Shown here piece by piece: positions 36,053-49,227 of a stretch of DNA of 64,000 nt. Both the position numbers and the translations under genes were made by a program. The stretch comes from Mobula hypostoma (lineage: Eukaryota). Positions within the stretch are counted from its first letter, which is position 1, and each line of letters starts with the position of its first letter. The notes beneath the pieces were generated by a model. It had not been told where the DNA came from and did not search any database. It saw nothing but the letters and a program-made list of their open reading frames with translations. The DNA is taken from NCBI RefSeq assembly GCF_963921235.1, contig NC_086108.1, positions 7,316,001 to 7,380,000 on the forward strand, read 5' to 3'.

Positions 36053-37642
36053 CACTGGACAACAATTTTTTTTCAGAAGTGTTACTTGCTCAGAATTTTG
36101 TTTATGATAGACTGCTTCAATCTGATTGTAGACTTTAGGAGAGGAAAACCAGATGTCCATGAGCCAGTAATCATTGGAGGATCAGAGGTGAAGAGGGTCA
36201 GTAATTTTAAATTCCTAGGTGTCACTATCTTAGAGGACCCGTCCTGGACACTTCATATAAATATAATTGCAAAGAAAGTATGACAGTGCCTCTACTTCCT
36301 CAGGAATCTGTGGAGGTTTGGCATGTCATCAAAATCTTTGGCTAACTTCTATAGATGTGTGGTGGAAAGTGTGGTGACTAGCTGCATTACGGCCTGGTAT
36401 GGGAACACCAAAGCCTTAGAGCAGAAAATCCTGTAGAAGGTGGTGGGTTCGGCCCAGTAGATTGTGGGTAAAACTCTCCCAACCATTGAGCACGTTGCTG
36501 TAGAAAAGTGGCATCCATCATCAGAGACCCTCACCACCCAGGCCGTTCTGTCTTTTCGCTGCTGCTATCAGGTAGAAGGTACAAGAGCCTCAGGACTCGC
36601 ACCTCCAGGTTCCAGAACAGTTACTACCCCTCAACCAGCAGGCTCTTGAACAAAAGAGGATAATTACACTCATTCTATTTCTGGTGTTCCCACAACAGAT
36701 AGTCTCACTTTGAGGACCCTTTATCCTGTTATTTCATACCCATTATTTGTTGTTATTTATTTATATTTGCATTTGCACTGTTTGATGTCCGTTGATCCTG
36801 TTTACAGTTACTGTTCTATAGATTTGCTAAGTATGCCTGCAGAAAAAGAATCTCAGGGTTGTACGTGGTGGCATGTATGTACTCTGATAATAAATTTTAC
36901 TTCGAACTTTGAACAAATATAATTTCAGACTACTTGTATCACGTAGAAATTTGGAGAAACAAGAAATCAGCTTTTATTGAATATAATACATTTAATTGTA
37001 TAACAGTGCTGATGCTTTGCAATATTTCAACTAAGCTAAAAATGTTTTCTTGATGATTTTCATTTGCTCTCAGTGTCTGAGGCTTCTCACTTAAGTGTCC
37101 AACAATAATCAGCCAGCATTGACGGATTCCAGTTGCCCTGATACCGTTTCTCCATGACCACAATGTCCTGGTGAAACCTTTCACCATGCTCATCACTGAC
37201 AGCACCAATATTTGCAGGGAAGAAGTCTAAATGGGAATGCAGAAAATGAATCTTTAGTGACATGTTGCACTTCATGGTTTTGTATGCCTGAAGCTTGCTG
37301 TCAACCAGCTGCACATAGTTTGGTGTCTGTAGTTGCCAAGAAAATTTTCAACAACAACCTTGAATGCCTTCAATGCAATTTTCTCCGGTCCCACTAGAAG
37401 TTCTTCGAATTGCCTGACAATGATGACGTGTTTGGCTTGTGGACCAACAAAAAATGCCTTTCTTAATCTTGGTATCAGTTATTCTGACATGAGTTATGAA
37501 TTGAAATAAGAAATCCGGGCGATTTAAAAGAAAAAATGGTGCATAATAGGGTAATTTCTTGCTGATTTTCATGATCAGCAGCCCAGAATCCATCAGATAC
37601 ACTCAAAAGTATTCAGGAAGCAAAATCTTTGTTGTCCAAGTG
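36053..37642 (-). mobile_element. Chapaev3-type transposon remnant split by an L2/Rex insertion (~36135-36915)
   Basis: cactggacaacaa termini; ORF 37087-37314 HFLHSHLDFFPANIGAVSDEHGERFHQDI..ADYCW. Confidence 0.8.
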
Positions 37643-37812
37643 TAGTCCGTACAGGTGGAGCAGGTCTCTGTTTCGGCATGGGTAGAAGTAATGCACACAG
37701 TTCAGTATCCCCTCAGCTTCGTGTGGGGAGAGTGGGCACAGCAGGATACCATTCAGTAACAGCGTAGCGAGGAGTGGGTGAGGTGCGAGGAACCTTTAAG
37801 GGTTGTATAGAG

Positions 37813-38026
37813 CAGGGGTCTCCAACCTTCTTTGCACTGCTGACTGGTTTAATATTGACAGTATTCTTGCAGACTAGCCAACGCGGGGGGGAGTTCGACT
37901 TCAGCAGGGAGTGACAGGGAATGAGGAAAGGTGCAGCTGACTCATATCGTTTCATATCGCCAAACCGTACCGTTTCCTCGTGGCCCGGTAGCACATGCTT
38001 TGACGCCCGGTGGTTGGGGACCACTG
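37813..38026. mobile_element. hAT (Charlie-like) MITE
   Basis: TIRs caggggtctccaacc / ggttggggaccactg; perfect 8-bp TSD gtatagag (37805-37812, 38027-38034). Confidence 0.9.
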
Positions 38027-40746
38027 GTATAGAGGGATCTTTGATACTTTATTAGAACGTGGTAGCAGACCCTCCTGGCCCAACGACTCCATGCTGCCCA
38101 ATTAACCCCCTGAACCATACATCTTCGGAATGTGGGAGGAATCGGGGCACCTAGAGGAAACCCACACGGTCACGGGGAGAACGTACAAGCTTTCTTACAG
38201 ACAGCGGCGGGAATTGAACCTGGGTCCCTGGCACTGTAATAGTGTTACTCCAATCGCTACACAGATGTGCTGTCTCTGACGTACAGAGAAATCTTTGATA
38301 TACAGAGGGATCTTGAGGTCTGAGTTCACAGCTCCCTGAAAGTGGCCACACTGATTGACAGGGTGTTTAAGAAGGCATGTGGCATGCTTGCCTTTAATAG
38401 TCAAGGCACTGAGTTCAAAGGTCAGGGGGTTATGTTGCAACTTTATAAAACTCTAATTAGGCCACCTCTGGAGTATTGCATACAGTTCTGGTTGGAAGGA
38501 CGTTGAGGCTTCAGTGAGGGTACAAAAGCGGTTTACCAGGATGCTGTCTGGTTTAGAGGACATGTGCTATCACGAGAGGCTGGATAAACTTGGGTTGTTT
38601 TGTCTGGAGCAGCGGAGGCTGAGGAGAGATCTGATAGAGGCTTGTAAGATTATGAGAGTCACAGACAGAATAGACAGACTGTATCTTTTTCCCAAGGTTG
38701 AAATATCTACGTGATACCAGAGGGCATGCACTTAAGGTGAGGGGGCAAGTTTTTTTACACAGAGAGTAGTGGGTGCCTGGTGTGTTGGTAGAGGCAGAAA
38801 TATTCGGGACATATAAGAGACATTTAGATAGGCACATATATGGATCTGGGCATTGTGTTGGCAGAGAGATCAGTTTGGGTTAGATGAGGAGAGATTGGAC
38901 AGCGAGATTTGTTTTGTCTGGATTGGTGGAAAGTGATAGGAATTCCGAGAGGCAGATGGAGTGTGAGCATTATTAAAAGTAATTTAATACTGATTAGGAT
39001 TATGGGGGGGGTTTTACTTCTGTTCTTTTACTTCCAGTGTGTTTTGTATATAGTGTCCCTGCCATGCTGTACGGGTTGTAAAAAGCCTCTGTATATACAT
39101 AACGGTTTTGAGGTTCGAGATAAAGTTGTTTCTTCGGCATGAAGTTGTCGAGTGTGCCTTTTTCAAAGTGGAAGTTACTACAGAGTGGGCAGTTGGTATC
39201 CTCGGGTCAATGTGCCAAAGGCATCTTGTTTTAAGGTGGGGGTTAAAGTTCGAAGGGGAAGTGTTTTTACACACAGAGTGGTTGGTGCCTGGAACACCCT
39301 GCCTGGGGCGCTGGCGGAGGCAGGTACGACAGGATCACACAAACAGCAAAAAAAAACAAGAAAAACACAGAATATAAGAGTGCCTCAGGCAGACACCTTC
39401 TCCGGCAGCAGTGAGCAAGAGGCTGTAGACAGTGCTGAACACCAGCTTGCCTCGAAGATTTCAGTCTTCCTTGATGCATTAATCGGTGAGATCGAGAAGA
39501 GATGGTTACAGGGGTGAGGTGGGCACATGAATATGCAGAGAAAGGAGGGGTACGGTCTACATACAGGCAGAAAAGGTTAGTTCAATGAGATATTACCTTA
39601 ATTAGTTTGGTGCAATTCTGTGGGCCGGAAGTTCTGTTCTTGTGCAGTCCCGTTCTATGTTCTTAGGTGAGGTAGAAGGGGACGAGATCAGATTATTCCA
39701 ACATTGTTACAAGTGTTAATGTAACAAATTTTCCCAAGGTTTTGCCACTGAGGTAAAACCCATTGGATCCTCCGTTTCCTGGCTTGCAGATCCCAGTCCG
39801 TTCAGATTGGCGACAACATCTCCTCCACAACCTCAATCAGTACAGGTGACCACAGGGCTGTGTGCTTAACCCCCCGCTCTACTCGCTTTACACTTATGAA
39901 TGCTCTGGCACAGGCTGCGGTGGAGGCCAAGTCCATGGGTATATTTAAAGTGGGTATATCTATAGTTTCCTGATCGGTCAGGGCATCAAAGGAGATGGCG
40001 AGAAGGCAGGTGTGTGGGGTTGAGTGGCTCCATGGTGGAATGGCAGAGCAGACTCGATGGGCTGAATGGCTTAATTCCGCTCCTATGTCTAATGATTGTG
40101 TAGAATACAGTATGTGGCTAAGCACAGTTCCAACACCATGTTAAAGTTTGCTGATGTCACCAAAGATGGCGATGAGTCAGCATATAGGAGGGAGATTGAA
40201 AATCTGGCTGCGTGGAGCCATAACAACAACCTGTCAACCTGTCACTCAGTGTCAGCAAGCTGAAGGAGCTGATTATAGACCGGGAGAAGGAAACCAGAGG
40301 TCCCCGAGCCAGTCCTCATCAGAGGATCAGAGGTAGAAAAGGTCAGCAACTTTAAATTCCTCGTTATTATTACTTCGGAGGACCTGTCCTGGGTCCAACA
40401 CATAATTGCAATGTCAAAGAAAGCAAGGCAGCACTTCGACTTCCTTAGGAGTTTGTGAAAATTCGGCGTAATATCTAAAACCTCTATAGATGTGTGGTGG
40501 AGAGTATATAGACTGGCTGTATCACAGCCTGGTGTGGAAAGACAATGCCCTTGAACAGGAAATCCAACAAAAAGTAGTGGATATGCCCCAGTCCATGACG
40601 GGTAAAGCCCTCCCCACCATTGAGCACATCTACACTGTGCAGAACAGGTCCTTCCAGAACTTCAATCCACGCCACCTAGCAACCCCCAATTTTACCCTAG
40701 CCCAATCACAGGAAAATCTACACTTACCAATTAACTAATCAACCAG

Positions 40747-40966
40747 CACACATCAAATTTGCTGGTGAACGCAGCAGGCCAGGCAGCATCTCTAGGAAGA
40801 GGTACAGTCGACATTTCAGGCCGAGACCCTTCGCAGTCCTGAGAAAGGGTCTTGGCCTGAAACGTCGACTGTACCTCTTCCTAGAGATGCTGCCTGGCCT
40901 GCTGCGTTCACCAGCAAATTTGATGTGTGTTGCTTGAATTTCCAGCATCTGCAGAATTCCTCGTGT
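40747..40966. mobile_element. Palindromic PLE terminal-repeat insertion in a V-SINE
   Basis: 85-bp inverted arms 40747-40831 / 40845-40929; 15-bp TSD taac(t/c)aatcaaccag. Confidence 0.85.
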
Positions 40967-41171
40967 TAACCAATCAACCAGTATGTCTTTGGACTGTGGG
41001 AGGAAACCAGAGCACCCAGAGGAAACCGCCACAGTTACAGGGAGAATTTACAGACTCCTTATAAGAGGTGGCAGGAATTGAACCTGACCCGCTGGTACTG
41101 TAAAGCGTTGTGTTAACCAGCAGACTGCCATACCATCCTTAATAACAACTGTCCATAACAAAGGAAAATAA

Positions 41172-42676
41172 CACTGGACAACAAATTTTTTCGGAAGTGT
41201 TGCTTCCTCAGATTTTTTTTTTGTAATGATAGACCACTGGAAGCTGACTACGGATATAATTTCAGTCTACTCGTATCACCAAGGAATTTGGAGAAAGAGG
41301 AAATTAACTTCTTTGAATATAATGTGTTTAATGGTGCTGATGCTTTGCAATAGCTCAACTAAGCTAAAAATGTTTTGTCGATTTTTTTTGTACTCTGACA
41401 CAGTGGTGTCAAGAAAACAACCTCTCCCTCAATGTCGCAAAAACAAATGAGCTGGTTGTGGACTACAGGAGGAATGGAGATGGGCTAGCCCCTATTGACA
41501 TCAATGGATCTGGGGTTGAGAGGGTGAACAGCTTTAAGTTCCTAGGCATAAACATCACTGAGGACCTCACGTGGTCTGTACACACCAGCTGTGTGGTGAA
41601 AAAGGCACAACAGCGCCTCTTTCACCTCAGAGGTTGAGGAAGTTTGGTATGGGCCCCCAAATCCTAACAACTTTCTATAGGGGCATAATTGAGAGCGTCC
41701 TGACTGGCTGCATCACTGTCTGGTATGGGAACTGTACTTCCCTCAATCTCAGGACTCTGCAGAGAGTGGTGCAGACAGCCCAGCACATCTGTAGTTGTGA
41801 ACTTCCCATGATTCAGGACATTCACAAAGACAGGTGTGAGAAAAGGGCCTGAAGGTTCATTGGGGACCCAAGTCACCCCAACCACAAACTGTTCCAGCAC
41901 CTACCATCCGGGAAATGATACTGCAGCATAAAAGCCAGGAACAACAGGCTGTGGAACATCTTCTTCCACCAGGCCATCAGAGTGATTAATTCACGCTGAT
42001 ACAATTGTATTTCTATGTTATATTGACTGTCGTGTTGTACAGAGACATAACATAAAGATTTTTACTCTTCATGTCTATGAAGGATGTAAGTACTGTAATA
42101 AAGTCAATTCAATTCAATACTCAGTGTCTGAGGCTTCTCACTTTAAGTGTCCAACAATTATCAGCCAGCACTGATGGATTCCAGTTGCCCTGACACCGTT
42201 TCTCCATGACCGCAATGTCCTGGTGAAACCTTTCACCATGTTCGTTACTGACAGCGCCAAGATTTGCAGGGAGGGAGTCTAAATGGGAATGCAGAAAACT
42301 AATGTTTAGTGACATGTTTTTTTATGCTTGAAACATGTTGTCAACCAGCTGCATGTAGTTTGATGCTCTGTAGTTGCCAAGAAAATTTTCAACAAAATCC
42401 TTCAATGCCTTCCATGTGATTTTCTCTGGCCCCACTAGAAGTTCTTCGAATTGCCTGTCATTGATGACCTGTTTGGTTAGTGGACCAACAAAAAATGCCT
42501 TCCTTAATCTTGGCATCAGTTATTCTGACTTGAATTATGAATTGAAAGAACTAATATAGGCAGTTTTAAAAACTGGTGCATGATAGTGAAAATTCATGGT
42601 GATTTTCATGATCAGCGGCCCAAAATCCATAAGATACACCCAAAAGTATTCAGGAAGTAATTCTTTGTTTCCAGTG
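41172..42676 (-). mobile_element. Chapaev3-type transposon remnant split by a Rex/L2 insertion (~41397-42118)
   Basis: cactgga...ccagtg termini with TAA TSD on both sides; ORFs 42121-42315 and 42322-42516. Confidence 0.82.
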
Positions 42677-43354
42677 TAATAAACTCCAGGTCAATAAAGT
42701 TGCTAACTAAACTAACTAAAAACTAATGCCAACACTGCAAATCAAGAGCAGTATCCTAGAACCAAATAATAACACAGCGTCTATCTAAATCAATATTTTT
42801 CATTCCCGGAGCATGGACTAAGGTAAGCAGGGAGCATTGTTGCTGCTGTGCTTCCATCAAGACTTCACAAGACGGAACCAAAAGGAAGGGAGTTAAAAAT
42901 AATTACAAGGAAGCTCTCTTCAGCCGGATTGTGTGCATTCTCACCTGTTTGATCGCTGTCTCTCAGCTGCCCGCCTGTAAGAGAGCCCAGACTCCACGGT
43001 TGTGAAATTCAGGGCACTCGGGGTGGAGGGAGGTAAATTCAACCAAGTTGTCCCAGCAGTGACAGCCTGTCAGCATTGCCAGGAACAGCTTTGGTAATGA
43101 GACCACGGACCACAATACACAGGAGAAGAATTTGGCCATCGAGTCTGTACCGCCATTCCATTGTGGCTGATGTATTTTCCCTCTCCACCCCTTTCTCCTC
43201 CCCTCTCCCCATCACCTTTCTCACCCTGACTAATCAAAAACCTTTCAACCTCCCCTTTAAACCTACCCATTGACTTGGCCTCCACAAAAGTCCGTGACAG
43301 TGGATTCCACAGATGAAACCAAAGAGTGAAACAAGAACTGTAGTTGCTGGGAAT

Positions 43355-44680
43355 AGTCATAGTCACAGTCATACATTTTTGATACCAGGGGAAAGTGGTT
43401 TTCATTACAGTTGCACCATAAATAATTAAATAGTAATAAAACCATAAATAGTTAAATAGTAATATGTAAATTATGCCAGGAAATAAGTCCAGGACCAGCC
43501 TATTGGCTCAGGGTGTCTGACCCTCCAAGAGAGGAGTTGTAAAGTTTGATGGCCACAGGCAGGAATGACTTCCTATGACGCTCTGTGTTGCATCTCAGTG
43601 GAATGAGTCTGGCTGAATGTACTCCTGTGCCCAACCAGTACATTATGTAGTGGATGGGAGACATTGTCCAAGATGGCATGCAACTTGGACAGCATCCTCT
43701 TTTCAGACACCACCATCAGAGAGTCCAGTTCCATCCCCACAACATCACTGGCCTTACGGATGAGTTTGTTGATTCTATTGGTGTCTGCTACCCTCAGCCT
43801 GCTGCCCCAGCACACAACAGCAAACATGATAGCACTGGCCACCACAGACTCATAGAACATCCTCAGCATCGTCCAGCAGATGTTAAAGGACCTCAGTCTC
43901 CTCAGGAAATAGAGACGGCTCTGACCCTTCTTGTAGACAGCCTCAGTGTTCCTTGACCAGTCCACTTTATTGTCAATTCATATCCCCAGGTATTTGTAAT
44001 CCTCCACCATGTCCACACTGACCCCCTGGATGGAAACAGGGGTCACTGGTACCTTAGCTCTCCTCAGGTTTACCACCAGCTCCTTAGTCTTTTTCACATT
44101 AAGCTAAAGATAATTCTGCTCACACCATGTGACAAAGTTTCCTACCGTAGCCCTGTACTCAGCCTCATCTCCCTTGCTGATGCATCCAACTATGGCAGAG
44201 TCATCCGAAAACTTCTGAAGAGGACAAGACTCTGTGCAGTAGTTGAAGCCCGAGGTGTAAATGGTGAAGAGAAAGGGAGACAAGACAGTCCCCTGTGGAG
44301 CCCCAGTGCTGCTGATCACTCTGTCGGACACACAGTGTTGCAAGCACACGTACTGTGGTCTGCCAGTCAGGTAATCAAGAATCCATGATACCAGGGAAGC
44401 ATCCACCTGCATCGCTGTCAGCTTCTCCCCCTGTAGAGCAGGGCGGATGGTGTTGAACGCACTGGAGAAGTCAAAAAACATGACCCTCACAGTGCTCGCT
44501 GGCTTGTCCAGGTGGGCGTAGACACGGTTTAGCAGGTAGACGATGGCATCCTCAACTCCTAGTCGGGGCTGGTAGGCGAACTGGAGGCGATCTAAGTGTG
44601 GCCTGACCATAGGCTGGAGCAGCTCTAGAATAAGTCTTTCCAGGGTCTTCATGATGTGGGAGGTCAATGCCACCGGTCTG
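43355..44680 (-). mobile_element. Rex1/Babar-type LINE, 5'-truncated, RT region
   Basis: ORF 44104-44742 RPVALTSHIMKTLERL..FDFSSAFNTI..GAPQGTVLSPFLFTIY..KFSDD; absent from duplication copy A. Confidence 0.9.
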
Positions 44681-44702
44681 AAACTAAAAGAGAAATTGCC
44701 AG

Positions 44703-47178
44703 ACACAAGGAATTCTGCAGATGCTGGAATTTCAAGCAACACACATAAAAGTTGCTGGTGAATGCAGCAGGCCAGGCAGCATCTCTAGGAAGAGGTACAG
44801 TCGATGTTCAGGCCGAGACCCTTCGTCAGGACTAACTGAAAGAAGAGTGAGTAAGAGCTTTGAAAGTGGGAGGGGAAGGGGGAAATCCGAAATGATAGAA
44901 GACAGGAGGGGGAGGGATGGAGCCAAGAGCTGGACAGGTGATTGGCAAAAGGGATATGAGAGGATCATGGGACAGGAGGCCCAGGGAGAAAGAAAAGGCG
45001 GGGGGGGGGAACCTAGAGGATGGGCAAGGGGTGTAGTGAGAGAGACAGGAGAGAAAGGAGAGAGAGAAAAAGGATGTGTGTAGATAAATAAATAAATAAC
45101 AGATGGGGTATGAGGGGGAGGTGGGGCATTAGCAGAAGTTTGAGAAGTCAATGCCATCGGGTTGGAGGCTACCCAGACAGAATATAAGGTGTTGTTCCTC
45201 TAACCTGAGAGTGGCTTCATCTTAACAGTAGAGGAGGCCGTGGACAGACATGTCAGAATGGGAATGGGACATGGAATTAAAATGTGTGGCCACTGGGAGA
45301 TCCTGCTTTCTCTGGCGGACAGAGCGTAGGTGTTCAGCGAAACGATCTCCTAATCTGTGTTGGGTCTCGCAAATATATAGAAGTCCGCATCGGGAGCACC
45401 GGACGCAGTATATCACCCCAGTCGACTCACAGGTGAAGTACTGCCTCACCTGTCTGAGGCCCTGAATGGTGGTGAGGGAGGAAGTGTAAGGGCATGTGTA
45501 GCACTTGTTCCGCTTACACGGATAAGTGCCAGGAGGGAGATTGGTGGGGGGGAACGAATGGACAAGGGAGTCGCGTAGGGAGCGATCCCTGCGGAAAGCG
45601 AGGGGGGAGGGAAAGATGTGCTTAGTGGTGGGATCCCGTTGGAGATGACAGAAGTTACGGAGAAGTATATGTTGGACCCGGAGGCTGGTGGGGTGGTAGG
45701 TGAGGACAAGGGAAATCCTATTCCTAGTGGGGTGGCGGGAGGATGGAGTGAGAGCAGATGTACGTGAAATGGGGGAGATGCGTTTGAGAGCAGAGTTGAT
45801 GGTGGAGGAAGGGAAGCCCCTTTCTTTAAAAAAGGAGGACATCTCCCTCGTCCTGGAATGAAAAGCCTCATCCTGACAGCAGATGCGGCGGAGACGGAGG
45901 AATTGCGAGAAGGGGATGGCGTTTTTGCAAGAGACAGGGTGAGAAGAGGAATAGTCCAGATAGCTGTGAGAGTCAGTAGGCTTATAGTAGACATCAGTGG
46001 ATAAGCAGTCTCCAGAGACAGAGACAGAAAGATCTAGAAAGGGGAGGGAGGTGTCGGAAATGGACCAGGTAAACTTGAGGGCAGGATGAAAGTTGGAGGC
46101 AAAGTTAATGAAGTCAACGAGCTCAGTATGCGTGCAGGAAACAGCGCCAATGCAGTCGTCGATGTAGCGAAGGAAAAGTGGGGGACAGATACCAGAATAG
46201 GTTTGGAACGTAGATTGTTCCACAAAACCAACAAAAGGGCAGGCATAGCTGGGACCCATACGGGTGCCCATGGCTACAACTTTAGTTTGGAGGGAGTGGG
46301 AGGAGCCAAAGGAGAAATTATTAAGAGTAAGGACTAATTCCGCTAGATGGAGCAGAGTGGTGGTAGAGGGGAACTGATTAGGTCTGGAATCCAAAAAGAA
46401 GCGGAGAGCTTTGAGACCTTCCTGATGGGGGATGGAAGTATATAGGGACTGGACATCCATGGTGAAAATAAAGCGGTGGGGGCCAGGGAACTTAAAATCA
46501 TCGAAAAGTTTAAGAGCGTGAGAAGTGTCACGAACATAGGTAGGAAGGGATTGAACAAGGGGAGATAAAACCGTGTTGAGGTATGCAGGAACGAGTTCGG
46601 TGAGGCAGGAGCAAGCTGAGACAATGGGTCTACCTGGACAGGCAGGTTTGTGGATCTTGGGTAGGAAGTAGAAACGGGAAGTGCGGGGTGTAGGAACTAT
46701 GAGATTGGTAGCAGTGGATGGGAGATCCCCTGAGCGGATAAAGTCGGTGATGGTGTGGGAGACAATGGCCTGGTGCTCCTTAGTGGGGTCACGATCGAGG
46801 GGTAAATAAGAGGAGGTATCCGCGAGTTGTCGCTGTGCCTTGGCAAGGTAGAGGTCAGTACGCCAGACTACAATAGCACCCCTTTATCAGCGGGTTTAAT
46901 AATAAGGTTAGGATTAGTGCGGAGGGAGTGGAGAGCAGAGCGTTCCGAAGGAGTGAGGTTGGAATGGGGACAAGGTGCGGTGAAGTCGAGACGGTTGATG
47001 TCCTATCGGCAGTTAGCAATGAAGAGATCCAGAGCAGGCAGAAGACCAGAGCGGGGTGTCCATGAAGAGGAGGAGGGTTGGAGACGGGAGAAGTGGTCAT
47101 CGGTGGGGGTGGGAGAGTCCTTGCTGAAGAAGTAGGCTCGAGGACAGAGCCGGCGGAAGAAGAGTTCCGCGAAGAAGA
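44703..47178 (-). mobile_element. Penelope-like element (Neptune-like), RT + Cys-rich linker + GIY-YIG, disrupted
   Basis: ORF 45222-46460 MDVQSLYTSIP..MGTRMGP..RYIDD..CKRNKCYTC..VIYCVRC..LYICET..RFAEH; upstream PKIHK motif; 12-bp TSD agaaa(t/a)tgccag (44691-44702, 47179-47190). Confidence 0.9.
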
Positions 47179-47239
47179 AGAAAATGCCAGAGGTGACCAT
47201 CAGGGGGCAGCAGAGAGTCATAGAGCACTACAGCACAGA

Positions 47240-47323
47240 CATCGAAGTTGCTGGTGAACGCAGCAGGCCAGGCAGCATCTCTAGGAAGAGGCGCAGTCAA
47301 CGTTTCAGGCCGAGACCCTTCGT
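47240..47323 (-). mobile_element. 84-bp PLE terminal fragment containing most of the hammerhead core
   Basis: 9-bp TSD cagcacaga (47231-39, 47324-32); empty site present in copy A near 11610. Confidence 0.85.
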
Positions 47324-49227
47324 CAGCACAGAAACAGGTCCTTTGGACCATCTAGTCTCTGCCGACCTGGTCTTCTGCCTTGTCCTGGACCATCCACATA
47401 CCTATCCAACCTTCTCTTAAATGTTACAATTGAACCAGCTTCTACCACTTCTGCTGGCATCTCATCCCACACTCCCACGACCCTCTGAGTGAAGAAGTTC
47501 CCCTTAAACACTTCACCTTTCACCCTTAACTCCCGATGTCTACTTCTAGTCTCACCCAACCTCAATAGAAAAAGCTTGTTTGCATGAACCCTCATAATTT
47601 TGTATACCTCTATCAAATCTCCTCTCAGTCTTCAATGTTCCAAGGAATAAAGTCCTAACCTATTCAATCTTTCCTGATAACTAAAGTCCTCAAATCCCAG
47701 CAACATCTGTGGAAAGTTGAAACAGATAAAACTTTTCAGTTTCAATAACCTTCACCAGAATCAAACCATCAACTGTTATAGAACACAGAACATTAGAGCA
47801 CAGTGCTGGCCCTTCAGCCCACGATACTGAGCCAACCCTTTACCCATCTCTAAGATGAGATCAATCTAACCCTTCTCTCCTATGTAGCCCTCTATTTTTG
47901 TATCATCCATGTGCCTAAGAGTCTTTTACATATCCTTACTGTATCTGCCTCTACCATCACCCTGGCAGGGCCTTCCACACACCCACCACCTTCTGTGTGT
48001 AAAAAAAAATTACCTCTGACACCCCCACCATGCTTTCATCCAGTCCTCTTAAAATTAAGTCCCAAGTATTAGCCATTTCTCCCATGGAGGGAAAAGTCTC
48101 TGGCTGTCCACTCGATCTCTGCCTCTTATCATCTTGTACACCTCCATCAAATCACCTCTCGTCCTCCTTCGCTCCAAAGAGGAGAGCCCTAGCTTGCTCA
48201 GTCTACTCTATTAATGCATGCTCTCTAATCCTGGTATCTTGGCGAGGGTGCTGCCACCATTTATAGTTTTCAAAGTTCAAAGTAAATTTATTATCAAAGT
48301 ATCTATATGTCGCCACAAACAACCCTGAGGCAAACTCAATAAATAGAATCGATGAAAGACCGCAACAACTTGGGCATTCAAACAGTGTGCAAAAGATAAC
48401 AGACTGTGCAAATATAAAAAGAGAGAAATCATAATAATAAATAAATAAGCAAAAAGTATCAAGAGCATGAGATGAAGAGTCCTTGAAAGTGAATCTATTG
48501 GTTGTGGGAACACGTCAATGTTGGGGCAAGTGATGTTATCCCCTCTGGTTCAAGAGCCTGATGGTTGAGGGGTAGTAACTGTTCCTGAACCTGGTGGTGC
48601 GAGTCCTGAGGTTCCTGTACCTTTTTCCTGATGGCAGCGGCAAGGAGAGAGCATGTCCTGGGTGGTGGGGGTCTCTGATGATGGATGCTGCTTTCCTGCA
48701 ACAACATTTCATGTAGGTGTGCTCAACGATGGGGAGGGGTTTAGCCATGATGGCAAAGCCCTCCCCACCATTGACTGGAGATGAACCGGGTCGAATCCAT
48801 TCATTTTTGTTGGATTTTCCATTCAAGGGCATTGGTGTTTCCATAACTGGCCATGATGCAACCAGTCAATACACTCTCCACTACACACCTATAAAAGTTC
48901 ATCAAAGTTTTCGATGTCATGCTGAATCTTTGCAATCTAAGGAAGTAGAGGTGCTGCTGTGCTTTCTTCATTGTTGCATTTTCATGCTGGGTCCTTCAAA
49001 ATAATAACACTGAGGAATTTAAAGTTGCTGGCCCTCTCCACCTCTGATGAAGACTGGCTCATGGACCGCCAATTTCCTCCTCCTAAAGTCAATATTCAGC
49101 TGCTTTGGCTTGCTGGCACTGAGTGAGAGGTTGTTGCTATGGCACCACTCTGCCAGATTTTCAATCTCCCTCTTTTAGCTGGCAACAAGGGTGACCACAT
49201 GACCACTCTGTCTGTTTGTTTAGAGAG

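Noticed and set aside
12359..42676. Whole-segment inversion between the inverted duplicates
   Set aside because: CCDC9 exons inside and outside the interval are on the same strand in the correct order
45222..46460. 412-aa ORF as an active or domesticated reverse transcriptase
   Set aside because: Fragment of a 5'-truncated PLE with upstream frameshifts, substitutions at conserved positions and a premature stop in the GIY-YIG domain
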